NCBI GenBank assembly: GCA_041690235.1
Contig: JAWLHS010000001.1
Span: forward strand, 881 to 64,880
Source of the DNA: Bacteroidales bacterium
Lineage (GTDB): Bacteria > Bacteroidota > Bacteroidia > Bacteroidales > UBA7960
Direction: 5' to 3'
Length of the DNA stretch: 64,000 nucleotides
Position 1 is the stretch's first letter. Every line of letters starts with the position of its first letter. Both the position numbers and the translations under genes were made by a program. Positions 47,952 through 58,383 of this stretch are shown in pieces. Under the pieces are notes generated by a model that did no database searches, had not been told where the DNA came from, and worked only from the letters and a program-made list of their open reading frames with translations.

Positions 47952-48431
47952 ATGGCCCCATCCGACGAAAACAACAAGCAAATAACACCTGAACATCGAA
48001 ACAGACCCATGGAAATCAAAGAAATTGAACAACAGGTAATCGGAGAGTTTGAATTGTTCGAAGATTGGATGGATAAATACAACTACCTGATCGAACTGGG
48101 AAAGGAATTGCCCCCCCTGGATCCCAGCCACAAGGAAGAAAAACACCTGATCAAGGGTTGCCAGGCCCAGGTATGGCTGAAGGCGGAGTATCGGGACGGA
48201 AACGTAATGTTCTCAGCCGATAGCGATGCACTGATCACCAAAGGCATCGTGGCCTTGCTGATCCGGGTGCTTTCTGGCCATCCGCCCGAAGAGATCCTGG
48301 CGGCTGATTTGTCATTCATTGATGAAATCGGGCTGAAGGAACATTTGTCGCAAACCCGGTCAAACGGACTGGTGAATATGATCAAACAGATGAAGCTGTA
48401 TGCCCTGGCGTTTCAGGCCAAATCGAAATAA
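47952..48431 (+). CDS. sufE: cysteine desulfuration protein SufE
   Basis: KYNYLIELGKELP and the active-site Cys motif KGCQAQVWL. An alternative start at ATG 48009 would give the more usual length of about 140 aa. Confidence 0.85.
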   Translation: MAPSDENNKQITPEHRNRPMEIKEIEQQVIGEFELFEDWMDKYNYLIELGKELPPLDPSHKEEKHLIKGCQAQVWLKAEYRDGNVMFSADSDALITKGIVALLIRVLSGHPPEEILAADLSFIDEIGLKEHLSQTRSNGLVNMIKQMKLYALAFQAKSK

Positions 48432-48439
48432 TCCCAAAA

Positions 48440-48766
48440 ATGCCCGATATGAAACATCACACAACGGAGCTGGAGGGCCGGATCATTACGGAACTCAAAA
48501 CGGTCTTTGACCCGGAGATCCCCTTGAATGTATATGACCTCGGACTGATCTATAAGATTGACATCGGGGAGAATGGACGGGTGACCATCGCCATGACACT
48601 GACCAACCCGAATTGCCCGGTGGCTGACCAGCTGCTGGAGGAAGTTGAAAAATCGGTGTTAAAGGTTGATGGGGTGCATGGGGTAGACCTCAAGCTGGTA
48701 TTTGAACCCGAGTGGAATAAGGACATGATGTCGGAGGCGGCCATGCTGGAACTTGGGTTATTGTAG
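48440..48766 (+). CDS. DUF59 / MIP18-family Fe-S cluster assembly protein (SufT-like)
   Basis: VFDPEIPLNVYDLGLIY and TLTNPNCPVADQL, which is the DUF59 pattern. 108 aa, at the end of the suf operon. Confidence 0.8.
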   Translation: MPDMKHHTTELEGRIITELKTVFDPEIPLNVYDLGLIYKIDIGENGRVTIAMTLTNPNCPVADQLLEEVEKSVLKVDGVHGVDLKLVFEPEWNKDMMSEAAMLELGLL

Positions 48767-48906
48767 AAGAAGGGGTCCGCTGCCATCGCCCGCCCGGGAA
48801 AAGATCCCCATAGGCCTTGGCAAAGTATTCTTTTTTTTCTTTGGAAAAAGATTGTATTTTTGGCCAACAAACCCCAATCAATTCATTCACATAAACATTG
48901 CGAAAA

Positions 48907-49287
48907 ATGAATATTCCGGACGATTTAAAGTATACCAAGGACCATGAATGGGTGAAGGTGGAGGGAGACCTGGCCATTATCGGGATTACAGATTTTGCTC
49001 AGAACGAACTCGGCGACATCGTTTACGTGGAAGTTGGCACCCTTGGAGAGACCCTCGACCAGGAAGAAACCTTCGGCACCATTGAAGCCGTGAAAACGGT
49101 TTCAGACTTGTTCATGCCCGTTGGCGGAGAAATTACTGCCTTTAACGACGACATCGAATCAAGCCCTGATATTGTCAATAAAGACCCATATGGCAAGGGA
49201 TGGATTATTAAAGTAAAAATGTCGGACGCCGCAGAAGTTGAATCCCTTTTGACTTCAAAACAATACAGGGAACACACCGGGGCATAA
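48907..49287 (+). CDS. gcvH: glycine cleavage system H protein
   Basis: ATG at 48907. [28 protein letters not shown], and the lipoyl-lysine region [21 protein letters not shown] -7-like box lies at 48855-48862. Confidence 0.9.
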   Translation: MNIPDDLKYTKDHEWVKVEGDLAIIGITDFAQNELGDIVYVEVGTLGETLDQEETFGTIEAVKTVSDLFMPVGGEITAFNDDIESSPDIVNKDPYGKGWIIKVKMSDAAEVESLLTSKQYREHTGA

Positions 49288-49326
49288 GCCGGCCGCAAAG
49301 CCGCTAACCCGGATTCAGGGGGATGT

Positions 49327-49719
49327 ATGAGGGTTTCTTATTTTCTGCCGGCCCTGGGATGGGCTTTGATTGTGCTGGCGGCCATCAGTATGCCTGCCAG
49401 CCGTATCCCCGGGTCAGACCTCTTAAAACTTCCCCATATTGATAAACTGATTCACGGCCTGCTGTTCATGGTCTTCGCCATTTTGCTGGCCTATGGGTTT
49501 TTCAGACAAAACAAACAGCGCATTCCCGGGAAATATTATTTGATCCTGACCCTTTCGATTGGCATCATTTATGGCCTGGCCACTGAGCTGATGCAATTCT
49601 GGATGCTGCCGGGCCGCCACGGAAACCTGGGAGACTTTATCGCCAACACAATTGGAACGATTTTTGGACTCTTATTATTCAGGGCATTTATTGCCGGTCG
49701 TTTAAAAAAACCGGCCTAA
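49327..49719 (+). CDS. VanZ family membrane protein
   Basis: 130 aa with 4 TM helices. Shows the VanZ-like pattern DKLIHGLLF ... ELMQFWMLPGRHGNLGDFIANTIG. Confidence 0.7.
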   Translation: MRVSYFLPALGWALIVLAAISMPASRIPGSDLLKLPHIDKLIHGLLFMVFAILLAYGFFRQNKQRIPGKYYLILTLSIGIIYGLATELMQFWMLPGRHGNLGDFIANTIGTIFGLLLFRAFIAGRLKKPA

Positions 49720-49847
49720 TCAGGTCCAATCAGGCCAGCCCCTTTGTTTTGTTTTGTAAATAATTTGTATATTAGCGCAATCTTTTGGGCACACCATTTT
49801 GACCTTAAAGCGGTAACGCCAAACCCCAAAAAAACCAACAATACCAC

Positions 49848-50522
49848 ATGGAAGCAAAAAAAACACCTAAAGCCGATCTGGAGAATAAACGGCGTACTTT
49901 CCTGCAGATTGGGATTGCCCTTACGCTTGTTGCCGTTCTGTTGGCTTTCGAATGGAAGCAGTACGAGCGGCCCGATTACGATCTGGGGACCCTGGAAATG
50001 GATTTTATCGAGGAAGAAGAAATCCCGATCACGCGCCAGGAGCAACCTCCACCACCCCCCCCGCCAGAAGCATCCACCGAGCTGATCATCGTTGATGACG
50101 ACGTGGAAATTGAAGAAGAGTTCACCATCGACGTAGAGGCGGATGTATTTACCGAAGTGCAGGAGTTTACCCCCATCGTTGTCCAGGAAGAAGAGATTGA
50201 AGAAGATGTAATCTTTACCGTTGTTGAAGACCAGCCAGCCTTTCCGGGTGGTGAGGAAGCACGTATCCGCTACCTCCAGGAAAACCTGCGCTACCCGCAA
50301 ATGGCCAGGGAAGCAGGGATCCAGGGTACCGTCTTTGTAACCTTTGTTGTTGAAAGGGACGGCAGCGTTACCGACGTCAGGGTTCTGCGTGGCATCGGCG
50401 GGGGTTGCGACGAAGAGGCCGTCAGGGTGGTAAGGAACATGCCGCGCTGGCAACCCGGTCGCCAAAGGGGTCAGCCGGTCAGGGTTCAGTTTAACATGCC
50501 CATTCGCTTCGTACTCAACTAA
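49848..50522 (+). CDS. tonB: energy transducer TonB
   Basis: N-terminal TM anchor, Pro-rich spacer QEQPPPPPPPEA, and the C-terminal TonB domain (PAFPGGEEA..., AREAGIQGTVFVTFVVERDGSVTDVRVLRG). Confidence 0.85.
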   Translation: MEAKKTPKADLENKRRTFLQIGIALTLVAVLLAFEWKQYERPDYDLGTLEMDFIEEEEIPITRQEQPPPPPPPEASTELIIVDDDVEIEEEFTIDVEADVFTEVQEFTPIVVQEEEIEEDVIFTVVEDQPAFPGGEEARIRYLQENLRYPQMAREAGIQGTVFVTFVVERDGSVTDVRVLRGIGGGCDEEAVRVVRNMPRWQPGRQRGQPVRVQFNMPIRFVLN

Positions 50523-50546
50523 GCAAGCCTTCTTAAAAAAATTCAG

Positions 50547-50580
50547 ACCGCTGTGCGCTTACTGCACAGCGGTTTTTTTT
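50547..50580. terminator. bidirectional rho-independent terminator between convergent tonB and recG
   Basis: Perfect 10-bp stem: ACCGCTGTGC (50547-50556) pairs with GCACAGCGGT (50564-50573). It is followed by eight T and preceded by an A-run. Confidence 0.75.
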
Positions 50581-50585
50581 GGTTC

Positions 50586-52691
50586 TTAGCTGATGCGGCT
50601 CCAGAAAATCTTCTCCGGGAAAAGGGCCTTCAGCCTGAGCGCCGCCACGCGGTTCTCATCATCCGAAAGCGCCGGGTCGCGCTCCAGCAAGTCCCTGGCA
50701 TGCTGCCTGGCAAGCTTCAGTATGGCCTCATCCCTGGCCAGATCTGCCATTTTCAGGTCGGGCAGCCCGCTTTGCTGGGTTCCCTGAATGTCACCGGGGC
50801 CCCGTAGCTGCAAATCCATCTCCGCAATCTGAAATCCGTCGTTGGTGGATACCAGGCCCTGGATCCGTTTGCGGGCGTCTCCGCTCAATTCTCCCCTGGT
50901 CATCAGGATGCAATAGCTCTGATCGCCGCCCCTGCCAACGCGTCCCCTGAGCTGATGCAACTGCGAAAGACCAAAACGTTCGGCACTCTCAATGACCATA
51001 ACGGTGGCATTGGGAACGTTTATGCCCACCTCAATGACCGTGGTGGCCACCATGATCTGGGTTTCGCCCCTGACAAAGCGCTGCATTTCGAAATCTTTAT
51101 CGGCGGGTTTCATCTTGCCATGCAGGATGCTTACCCCGTAAGCAGGCATGGGAAATTCCCTGACGATGCTTTCGTATCCATCGGTCAGATCCTTCAAATC
51201 CAGGCTTTCCGATTCCTGTATCAATGGATATACAACATAAACCTGCCGGCCTTTTTTGATCTGCTCGCGCATAAACCCAAAAACCTTCAGGCGGTGGTTG
51301 TCGTATTGGTGGATCGTCCTGATGGCTTTTCTGCCCGGGGGCAGCTCATCAATCACCGACACATCGAGGTCGCCGAAAAGGGTCATGGCCAGGGTACGTG
51401 GAATGGGGGTGGCGGTCATCACCAAAACATGAGGCGGCACCTTGCTTTTGGACCATAACCTGGCACGCTGGGCCACCCCGAAACGATGCTGTTCGTCCAC
51501 GACCACCAGGCCCAGTTTCTCGAAACGAACCACGTCTTCTATCAGGGCATGGGTGCCAATTATGATTTGCAGGCTGCCGTCCTTCAGGCCTTGCAGAACT
51601 TCCCTGCGCTGGGCAGAGCGTGAAGAACCGGTCAGCAAGCCCACCCTGATTCCAAGTCCGTCAAGCATCGAACCAATCGACTCAAAATGTTGAAAGGCGA
51701 GAATCTCGGTCGGTGCCATGAGGCATGCCTGAAAACCATTGTCCAGGGCCATCAGCATGCTCATGACCGCGACCACTGTTTTCCCGCTTCCAACGTCTCC
51801 CTGCAACAGGCGGTTCATCTGCTTGCCGGATAATGTGTCGGTGCGGATTTCCTTCAGCACCCGTTTTTGTGCCCCGGTCAGCGCAAAAGAAAGACTGTTG
51901 TGGAAAAAGGCATTAAACAGTTCGCCAATAACAGGAAACACATGACCCCCGGTCTTTTCCATGCGAAGCTGGCGCGTACGAAGCAGGCTGAGTTGTATGT
52001 AAAACAACTCCTCAAACTTAATCCGTGCAATGGCCTTTTTGAGCATGAGGGGATCGGACGGGAAGTGGATGTTGGAAAGGGTGTCCTTCCTGGAGGGGAG
52101 CTTGAGCACACTTAAAACAGACTGGGGCAGTGTCTCCCCAATATGAGGGAGGGCCTGGGGCAGCAGGGTTCTGACCAGCCTGCTGATGCCCCTGCTGTCG
52201 AGGCCCCTGGACTTAAGCTTCTCGGTCGAGGCGTAAACGGCCTGCATGGCAGACAACTGGTTGATGGCTCCCGGGCTTGCCGGCTCAATCTCAGGATGGG
52301 CTATGTTCCACTTGCGGCCAAACAAGGCGGGCTTTCCGAATACAATATATTCCACACCGGGCTTGTAAAGGTTTTTTAACCATTTAAACCCCCTGAACCA
52401 AACCAACTCCAGCTGACCGCTTGAGTCTGACAACACGGCCGTCATCCGGGTGGTCCGGCGCTCCCCGTGAAGCTGAATATTTGAAATGGTTCCGCGAATC
52501 TGGACATAGGGCATTTCCCCCCTGATCTCCTTTATCTGGAAAAACCTGCTCCGGTCTATATAGCGGAAAGGATAAAAACACAGCAGGTCGTCGAAGGTAT
52601 CAATCCCGGCCTCCTTTCTCAGCAAGTCGGCACGCAGGGGGCCAACGCCCTTTAAAAACTCAATGGGGGTGTCCAGATAATGCACGCTCAT
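50586..52691 (-). CDS. recG: ATP-dependent DNA helicase RecG
   Basis: ATG at 52691 (MSVHYLDTPIEFLKGVGP). Helicase motifs GDVGSGKT, VVDEQHRFG, MTATPIPRT, QLHQLRGRVGRG. Confidence 0.95.
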   Translation of the reverse strand: MSVHYLDTPIEFLKGVGPLRADLLRKEAGIDTFDDLLCFYPFRYIDRSRFFQIKEIRGEMPYVQIRGTISNIQLHGERRTTRMTAVLSDSSGQLELVWFRGFKWLKNLYKPGVEYIVFGKPALFGRKWNIAHPEIEPASPGAINQLSAMQAVYASTEKLKSRGLDSRGISRLVRTLLPQALPHIGETLPQSVLSVLKLPSRKDTLSNIHFPSDPLMLKKAIARIKFEELFYIQLSLLRTRQLRMEKTGGHVFPVIGELFNAFFHNSLSFALTGAQKRVLKEIRTDTLSGKQMNRLLQGDVGSGKTVVAVMSMLMALDNGFQACLMAPTEILAFQHFESIGSMLDGLGIRVGLLTGSSRSAQRREVLQGLKDGSLQIIIGTHALIEDVVRFEKLGLVVVDEQHRFGVAQRARLWSKSKVPPHVLVMTATPIPRTLAMTLFGDLDVSVIDELPPGRKAIRTIHQYDNHRLKVFGFMREQIKKGRQVYVVYPLIQESESLDLKDLTDGYESIVREFPMPAYGVSILHGKMKPADKDFEMQRFVRGETQIMVATTVIEVGINVPNATVMVIESAERFGLSQLHQLRGRVGRGGDQSYCILMTRGELSGDARKRIQGLVSTNDGFQIAEMDLQLRGPGDIQGTQQSGLPDLKMADLARDEAILKLARQHARDLLERDPALSDDENRVAALRLKALFPEKIFWSRIS

Positions 52692-52848
52692 AAATAGCAC
52701 ACTGCTTTGAACCAAAATTAATAAAACCATGGGGCATCAATAAAAAAAATTGTTATTTATAGATAAGTGTTTTTAATTTTGAGGAAGCGACCGGAACTGC
52801 GGGAATATATTTCGTTGCCGGTGCAATGAATTCACTTAAATCCAATCC

Positions 52849-53817
52849 ATGAAAATATTGGTTTTTGGCGCAGGGGTGATCGGGACAACTTTTGCCTGGC
52901 AAATATCAGAAGCCGGATATGATGTAAGCCTGCTGGTTCGCAAACAACGGCTGACCCGGTACAGCCATTCCGGAGTCACCGTCAACTGTACCGACATGAG
53001 GGGCAAACGAAAAGAATTTGTAAAAACGGTTTTCCGGCCCAAAACGGTAGACCGGATCGATGGGTCGATCCATTATGACCTGATTATTGTGGCCGTAAAA
53101 AACTTTCAGCTGAACGAGGTGGTCCCTTATATTGCCAAATTCTCAGGAAATGCCCATGTGCTTTTCATGGGAAACCTGTGGAATGAGTTTGGCCTGATCA
53201 AAAAACACCTGCCTGAGGGAAGGTTCTTCTTCGGGTTTCCCGCCATGACAGGCGGGGGACGAACCGACAACGGCATCAATTGCCTGTTGTTCAAAAAGGG
53301 AAACACCATGCTCGGGGAACCCGGCGGCAAGACCAGCCAGCGCCTGAGAGACACGGCCGAAATATTGGGAATGTCAGGGTTGCAGCCGAAAATTTCCTCC
53401 AACATCGTCCATTGGATCAAAGCCCAATCTATCTGGCCTGCCGGAACCTTCGGGGCCTTATGCAAATCCGGAAGCGCACGGAAGTTCAGCGAAAACAATA
53501 ACCTGATCAGGCAAAGTGTCCAGGCCATCAGGGAGGGATTTAAGGTCTGCGAAGCCCAGGGAATAAATCCCGGAAGAATATTTCCCTTCAACCTGTTCTT
53601 TCTTCCCGGATTTCTCCTGATCCCCCTGCTGAAACGATCCTACAATCCCGAAATGCAGGAGGCGGTTGACGGCCGTATGAAGCACGGGTTCGATGAGATG
53701 AAGAAACAATACCTCGATGTGCTGAACGACGGAAAATCCCTGGATATCGACATGCCCATCTGGGCGTCTTTTGAAAAGTTCATCCGTGAAGCGGAGAAGA
53801 AACGGTCAGATGCCTGA
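52849..53817 (+). CDS. ketopantoate reductase (ApbA/PanE) family oxidoreductase
   Basis: N-terminal Rossmann fold MKILVFGAGVIGTTFAWQISEAGYDV. The 322-aa length and layout are typical of the family. Confidence 0.7.
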   Translation: MKILVFGAGVIGTTFAWQISEAGYDVSLLVRKQRLTRYSHSGVTVNCTDMRGKRKEFVKTVFRPKTVDRIDGSIHYDLIIVAVKNFQLNEVVPYIAKFSGNAHVLFMGNLWNEFGLIKKHLPEGRFFFGFPAMTGGGRTDNGINCLLFKKGNTMLGEPGGKTSQRLRDTAEILGMSGLQPKISSNIVHWIKAQSIWPAGTFGALCKSGSARKFSENNNLIRQSVQAIREGFKVCEAQGINPGRIFPFNLFFLPGFLLIPLLKRSYNPEMQEAVDGRMKHGFDEMKKQYLDVLNDGKSLDIDMPIWASFEKFIREAEKKRSDA

Positions 53818-53843
53818 TTGATTCATGTTTCAAATGAAAACAA

Positions 53844-54515
53844 ATGGAACGAGCCAAATTTGTTTTTTTCCTGGTTCTGTTTGCCCTTTTTTTCAACCCG
53901 AACATTCGGGCACAGGGCATCCGTATGCGGCCGACAGACCGGCTGATGGCGGGAGTGTTTACCGACCACTGGCGTCATGTTCCGGGTTCGGTGGATCCGG
54001 CGGCCATCAACAGGGGCTTCGACCTTTTTTTGTTGCAGGACATGCCCCTGGGTACTTCCAGGTTCAGCGTGGCCGGGGGACTGGCTTTTTTTTCTCACAA
54101 CCTGTACACTGACCATCGCTATGAAAAAACCAATGGAACCTTTGACTTTGTTCCCATTCGGCAGGAATACAAAAACAACAAGCTAAACCTGAACTACCTG
54201 GGGATTCCTGTAGAATTGCGTTTCCGCGGACGGGACCGGGACAGGGGACTGAGGCTCTATTTGGGATTTTCAGCGGCCGTCCTGGTACAGGCACATACCA
54301 AGTTCCGTGGATTGGATCCTGCAGGGATCGGTGAGATCAAGGTGAAAGAAAACCAGCCCGATCAGATCCGGCCATTCATGATGCATGCCCATTTTCGGGT
54401 CGGCATTGGAAAATGGAGTGTTTATGCCAGGGTTCCGCTGAGCGAGGTGTTTCAAGACAATTCAGCCACCGGCATGACACCGGTTTCCCTTGGCCTTGGC
54501 CTGTCCATCTACTGA
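53844..54515 (+). CDS. outer-membrane beta-barrel protein (PorT/OMP_b-brl family)
   Basis: Signal peptide, alternating beta-strand pattern, NLNYLGIPVELRF, and a terminal LGLGLSIY. Confidence 0.6.
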   Translation: MERAKFVFFLVLFALFFNPNIRAQGIRMRPTDRLMAGVFTDHWRHVPGSVDPAAINRGFDLFLLQDMPLGTSRFSVAGGLAFFSHNLYTDHRYEKTNGTFDFVPIRQEYKNNKLNLNYLGIPVELRFRGRDRDRGLRLYLGFSAAVLVQAHTKFRGLDPAGIGEIKVKENQPDQIRPFMMHAHFRVGIGKWSVYARVPLSEVFQDNSATGMTPVSLGLGLSIY

Positions 54516-55139
54516 TTAAACCTGCAATAACAAGTACAGGCCCAGCATCACACCCATTCCGGTCAAAAAACCGGCATAGACCTGTGCGGGTCTGTGGGCA
54601 TCAAGTTTGATGCGGGCTGCTCCAACCAGTCCTGCAATCAAAAAGACAAGGAGGATCAGCCAGGAAATATCAATCCGGAGAAACAAAGAGGTGGCAATCA
54701 AAAATCCGGAGAAGCCCCCCAGGGACATCATGTGGATGCTGATCTTCCACAGAAAGGTAATGACCAGGCAAAGAAGCACCATCAGGGTGGCCCCCATCAT
54801 ATAATAATAGATCAGCGCGGGCAGGGATATCTGACGCATCAGATAATAGGTCAGAAAAAAGAGAAGGGAGGAAAGCAACAACGGAAACAGCCGCTCATTG
54901 CGTTCGTTTAGCAGCAAATCCCCGATCAGGCCCGTCCGCTTCAAAAAAACGATGGCCAGGGCGGGAGCCAGGGCGGTATTGATAAATACCATCAACAGGA
55001 TAAACCGCTTGGCCTGGGGGGGAACGGCGAAGCTGATATTGGTATCAAGCTGAAACAAAAGCAGTATCCCCAGGCTGGGCATCACAAGGGGGTGGAACAC
55101 CACGGAAAAGAAATGGGCCAGGGTGGTTTCTGCCTTCAT
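54516..55139 (-). CDS. polytopic membrane protein, PAP2-like
   Basis: ATG at 55139, one nt after the rpoN stop. Six TM helices. KISIHMMSLGG and ARIKLDAHRPAQV resemble the PAP2 SGH and SRxxxxxHxxxD motifs, but the match is weak. Confidence 0.45.
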   Translation of the reverse strand: MKAETTLAHFFSVVFHPLVMPSLGILLLFQLDTNISFAVPPQAKRFILLMVFINTALAPALAIVFLKRTGLIGDLLLNERNERLFPLLLSSLLFFLTYYLMRQISLPALIYYYMMGATLMVLLCLVITFLWKISIHMMSLGGFSGFLIATSLFLRIDISWLILLVFLIAGLVGAARIKLDAHRPAQVYAGFLTGMGVMLGLYLLLQV

Positions 55140-55140
55140 A

Positions 55141-56631
55141 TCAGGATAGTTCCTTTCTAAGGCGTGCAACCGGGATGTCCAGCTGTTCGCGGTATTTGGC
55201 AACCGTGCGCCGGGCAATGCTATACCCCTTCTCCTTCAGGATGGCGGCCAGCTCATCATCTGTCAGGGGTTTGGTCTTTTCCTCACCCTCAATACAATCC
55301 TGCAGGATCTTTTTTACCTCCCGCGTGCTTACCTCCTCGCCCGATTCGGTCTGGAGCGATTCAGAAAAGAAAGTTTTCAAAAGGAAGGTCCCGAATGGGG
55401 TCTGCACATACTTGCTGTTGGCCACCCTTGAAATGGTGGAGATATCCAAATGAACCATCTCGGCAATGTCCTTAAGGATCATTGGCCGCAAGGTGGTTTC
55501 GTCCCCGGTCAGAAAATACTCCCTCTGAAACTCCAGAATGGCCTGCATGGTCACCATCAGGGTATTCTGGCGCTGCCGGATTGCATCAATAAACCACTTG
55601 GCACTGTCCAGCTTCTGCTTCACGAAGGTGATGGCTTCCTTCTGTCTGGCGTCTGCCTTTCCTTTGGCCTCGGCCATGGTTTCAAGCATCTCGGAATATG
55701 TCCTGTTTATTCGAAGATCCGGCGCATTGCGGGAGGTCAGGCTCAATTCCAGCACACCGTTGTAATTCGTGACAATAAAATCCGGCACAATGTACTGGGA
55801 TATTTTTCCCGAATCCTGCAGGGACCCTCCTGGCTTGGGATTGAGTTTCAGGATCTCGTCGATGGCCTCTTTGAGTTCCTCCTCAGAGAAGTGGTGCTTC
55901 TTTCGGATCTTTTCATAATGCTTGCGCGTAAAGTCGTTGAAGCTTTTCTCAAGCAGCAGGGTGGCGTTTTCGAGGGGCCGGGTCCGAGGGGTTTTTCGAC
56001 GGATCTGTAAAAGCAGGCATTCCTGAAGGTCCCTCGCCCCCACCCCGGGGGGGTCGAAACCCTGAATGGTCCGAATCAGGCCGAGGACTTCCTTGAAACT
56101 GGATTCTATGTTCAGCGAGAAAGCCAAATCGTCGATCAGGGAGTGAATGTCCCGCTGGAGGTAGCCAGAATCGTCAATATTGCCAATGATATGCCTGGCG
56201 ATCAGCATTTCCCGTTCTGATAGGGAGCGAAGCCCGAGCTGGGACAGCAAATGCTCCTGGAAGCTGTCGCCCGAAGAAAACGGGATTTCCTTGCGTTCAT
56301 CGTCCGAGCTGGCATTGTTGGCGTTCAGCCTGTAAGAAGGCGTGTCGTCCTCATCCATATAGTCGCTCAGGTCAAACTCATCGTTCGGGTCTGTCTCGGG
56401 TGTGTCTGAGGCAATATCCTCGTCGCGATCGTCATCATAGGCCTCATAGTCATCCTCCTGCTGGCTGTCAGGCTCTCCGTCAAGGCCCTCCTCCAGGGCG
56501 GGGTTCTCTTCAATTTCCTGTTTGATGCGCTGCTCCAGCAGCAGGGCAGGAACCTGCAGCAACTTCATAAGCTGTATCTGCTGGGGAGACAGCTTTTGCA
56601 TCAATTTTTGCTGAAGTTTCTGCTGGAGCAT
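55141..56631 (-). CDS. rpoN: RNA polymerase sigma-54 factor
   Basis: Gln-rich N-terminus (MLQQKLQQKLMQKLSPQQIQLMKLLQ), acidic region, and the C-terminal RpoN box ARRTVAKYR. Confidence 0.95.
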   Translation of the reverse strand: MLQQKLQQKLMQKLSPQQIQLMKLLQVPALLLEQRIKQEIEENPALEEGLDGEPDSQQEDDYEAYDDDRDEDIASDTPETDPNDEFDLSDYMDEDDTPSYRLNANNASSDDERKEIPFSSGDSFQEHLLSQLGLRSLSEREMLIARHIIGNIDDSGYLQRDIHSLIDDLAFSLNIESSFKEVLGLIRTIQGFDPPGVGARDLQECLLLQIRRKTPRTRPLENATLLLEKSFNDFTRKHYEKIRKKHHFSEEELKEAIDEILKLNPKPGGSLQDSGKISQYIVPDFIVTNYNGVLELSLTSRNAPDLRINRTYSEMLETMAEAKGKADARQKEAITFVKQKLDSAKWFIDAIRQRQNTLMVTMQAILEFQREYFLTGDETTLRPMILKDIAEMVHLDISTISRVANSKYVQTPFGTFLLKTFFSESLQTESGEEVSTREVKKILQDCIEGEEKTKPLTDDELAAILKEKGYSIARRTVAKYREQLDIPVARLRKELS

Positions 56632-56734
56632 TGCCTTTGGTTTAATTTACTGAATGTCACCCGTATGTGTCTTTCCATCAGGCCCCAAACGGCAGCCAAA
56701 TTAGGCATTTTTTTTTATTTGGAAAACCACTGTT

Positions 56735-58144
56735 TTAAAATTCTGCATTTTGCGGGGTGCGCGGAAAGGGAATCACGTCACGGATGTTCCCCATACCGGA
56801 AATAAACAACATCAATCGTTCAAACCCTAGTCCGAAACCACTGTGCGGGGCTGTTCCGAACATCCTGGTTTCCAGATACCACCAGACATCCTTCTCGTGT
56901 ATGCCCATCTCCCGGATGCGGCCCGTCAACTTATCGTAATTCTCCTCGCGCTGGGAACCCCCGATGATCTCTCCGATCTTTGGAAACAACACATCCATGG
57001 CCCGGACGGTTTTCCCATCGTCGTTGAGTTTCATATAAAAGGCTTTGATGTCGCGTGGATAATCGGTCAGAATGACCGGCTTTTTAAAGTGTTGCTCTAC
57101 GAGGTATCGCTCGTGTTCGGATTGCAGGTCCACACCCCAGCTAACCGGAAATTCAAAAACCCTGCCGGAAGCAACAAGAATGTCGACCGCTTCGGTATAG
57201 CTCAACCTGACAAACTCATTGTCGACCACAAACCGCAGACGGTCCATGAGTTCCGCATCATACATTTTCTGCAAAAAGGCCAGGTCATCTTCACAATGTG
57301 CAAGCACATAAGAAATAAGGTATTTGAGAAATTCTTCGGCCAGATCCATGTTGTCATGGATATCATAAAAGGCCATCTCCGGTTCGATCATCCAAAATTC
57401 CGACAAATGGCGGGTGGTGTTGGAGTTTTCGGCACGGAAAGTCGGCCCGAACGTATAGATGTTCGACAAGGCCAGCGCACCCAATTCCCCTTCCAGCTGC
57501 CCGGAGACAGTGAGGTTGGTTTCCTTGCCAAAGAAATCACGGGAAAAATCCACCCGGCCGTCTTCTTTTCGTGGGATATTGTCCAGATCAAGGGTGGTGA
57601 CCCTGAACATGGCACCGGCCCCTTCAGCGTCAGACCCGGTGATTACGGGGGTATGCAAATAATAAAAGCCCTTGTCGTTGTAAAATTGATGGATGGCGAA
57701 TGAAAGGGCGTGACGCAACCTGAAAATGGCGCCGAAGGTATTCGTACGCGGCCTTAAGTGAGCGATCTCACGCAAAAACTCCAGGGAATGTCCCTTTTTT
57801 TGCAAGGGGTATTTTTCAGGGTCGGCGCCCCCGTATAAAGTGATTTCCGTTGCTGAAATCTCCACGGGTTGACCCTGTCCTTTTGATTCCACCAGCAAAC
57901 CGTTCACTGAGATACAGGAACCGGTGGTAATCTGCCTGAGCAGTTCATCGTTTTGGAATGCCTGCACATCAACCACCACCTGGATGTTGTGAATAATGGA
58001 CCCGTCGTTCAGGGCGATAAATGCCACATTTTTGTTTCCCCGCTTGGTGCGAACCCATCCCTTGACGTTGATTTCCGTGTCGATCAGCTGGCGGGGACTC
58101 CCCTTCAGCAAGCCTTCAACCCGTTGTCTTTTTATTTGCTTCAT
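56735..58144 (-). CDS. asnS: asparagine--tRNA ligase
   Basis: Class II aaRS motifs with the AsnRS-typical [27 protein letters not shown] and GFGLGFERL. 469 aa. Confidence 0.95.
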   Translation of the reverse strand: MKQIKRQRVEGLLKGSPRQLIDTEINVKGWVRTKRGNKNVAFIALNDGSIIHNIQVVVDVQAFQNDELLRQITTGSCISVNGLLVESKGQGQPVEISATEITLYGGADPEKYPLQKKGHSLEFLREIAHLRPRTNTFGAIFRLRHALSFAIHQFYNDKGFYYLHTPVITGSDAEGAGAMFRVTTLDLDNIPRKEDGRVDFSRDFFGKETNLTVSGQLEGELGALALSNIYTFGPTFRAENSNTTRHLSEFWMIEPEMAFYDIHDNMDLAEEFLKYLISYVLAHCEDDLAFLQKMYDAELMDRLRFVVDNEFVRLSYTEAVDILVASGRVFEFPVSWGVDLQSEHERYLVEQHFKKPVILTDYPRDIKAFYMKLNDDGKTVRAMDVLFPKIGEIIGGSQREENYDKLTGRIREMGIHEKDVWWYLETRMFGTAPHSGFGLGFERLMLFISGMGNIRDVIPFPRTPQNAEF

Positions 58145-58383
58145 TTTACAGATATTGATTTCACGGGAGTTCTAACAACCTCCTTCAGCCTGCAAAATTA
58201 CATACAATTTCGGACATTTTTCCCACGCATTCACCAGTCCCCTTTTGTTTAAGCGTGCAAACAAGCGGTTGATCAATCCGAAGAATTCCTCCGGATGATT
58301 TAGAAAAGAAAAAAAAACTCCTTAATATTGCCTTTCTTCCGGAACCAGAATAATATTGTATAGAAATAATAATCCTTTTTGTT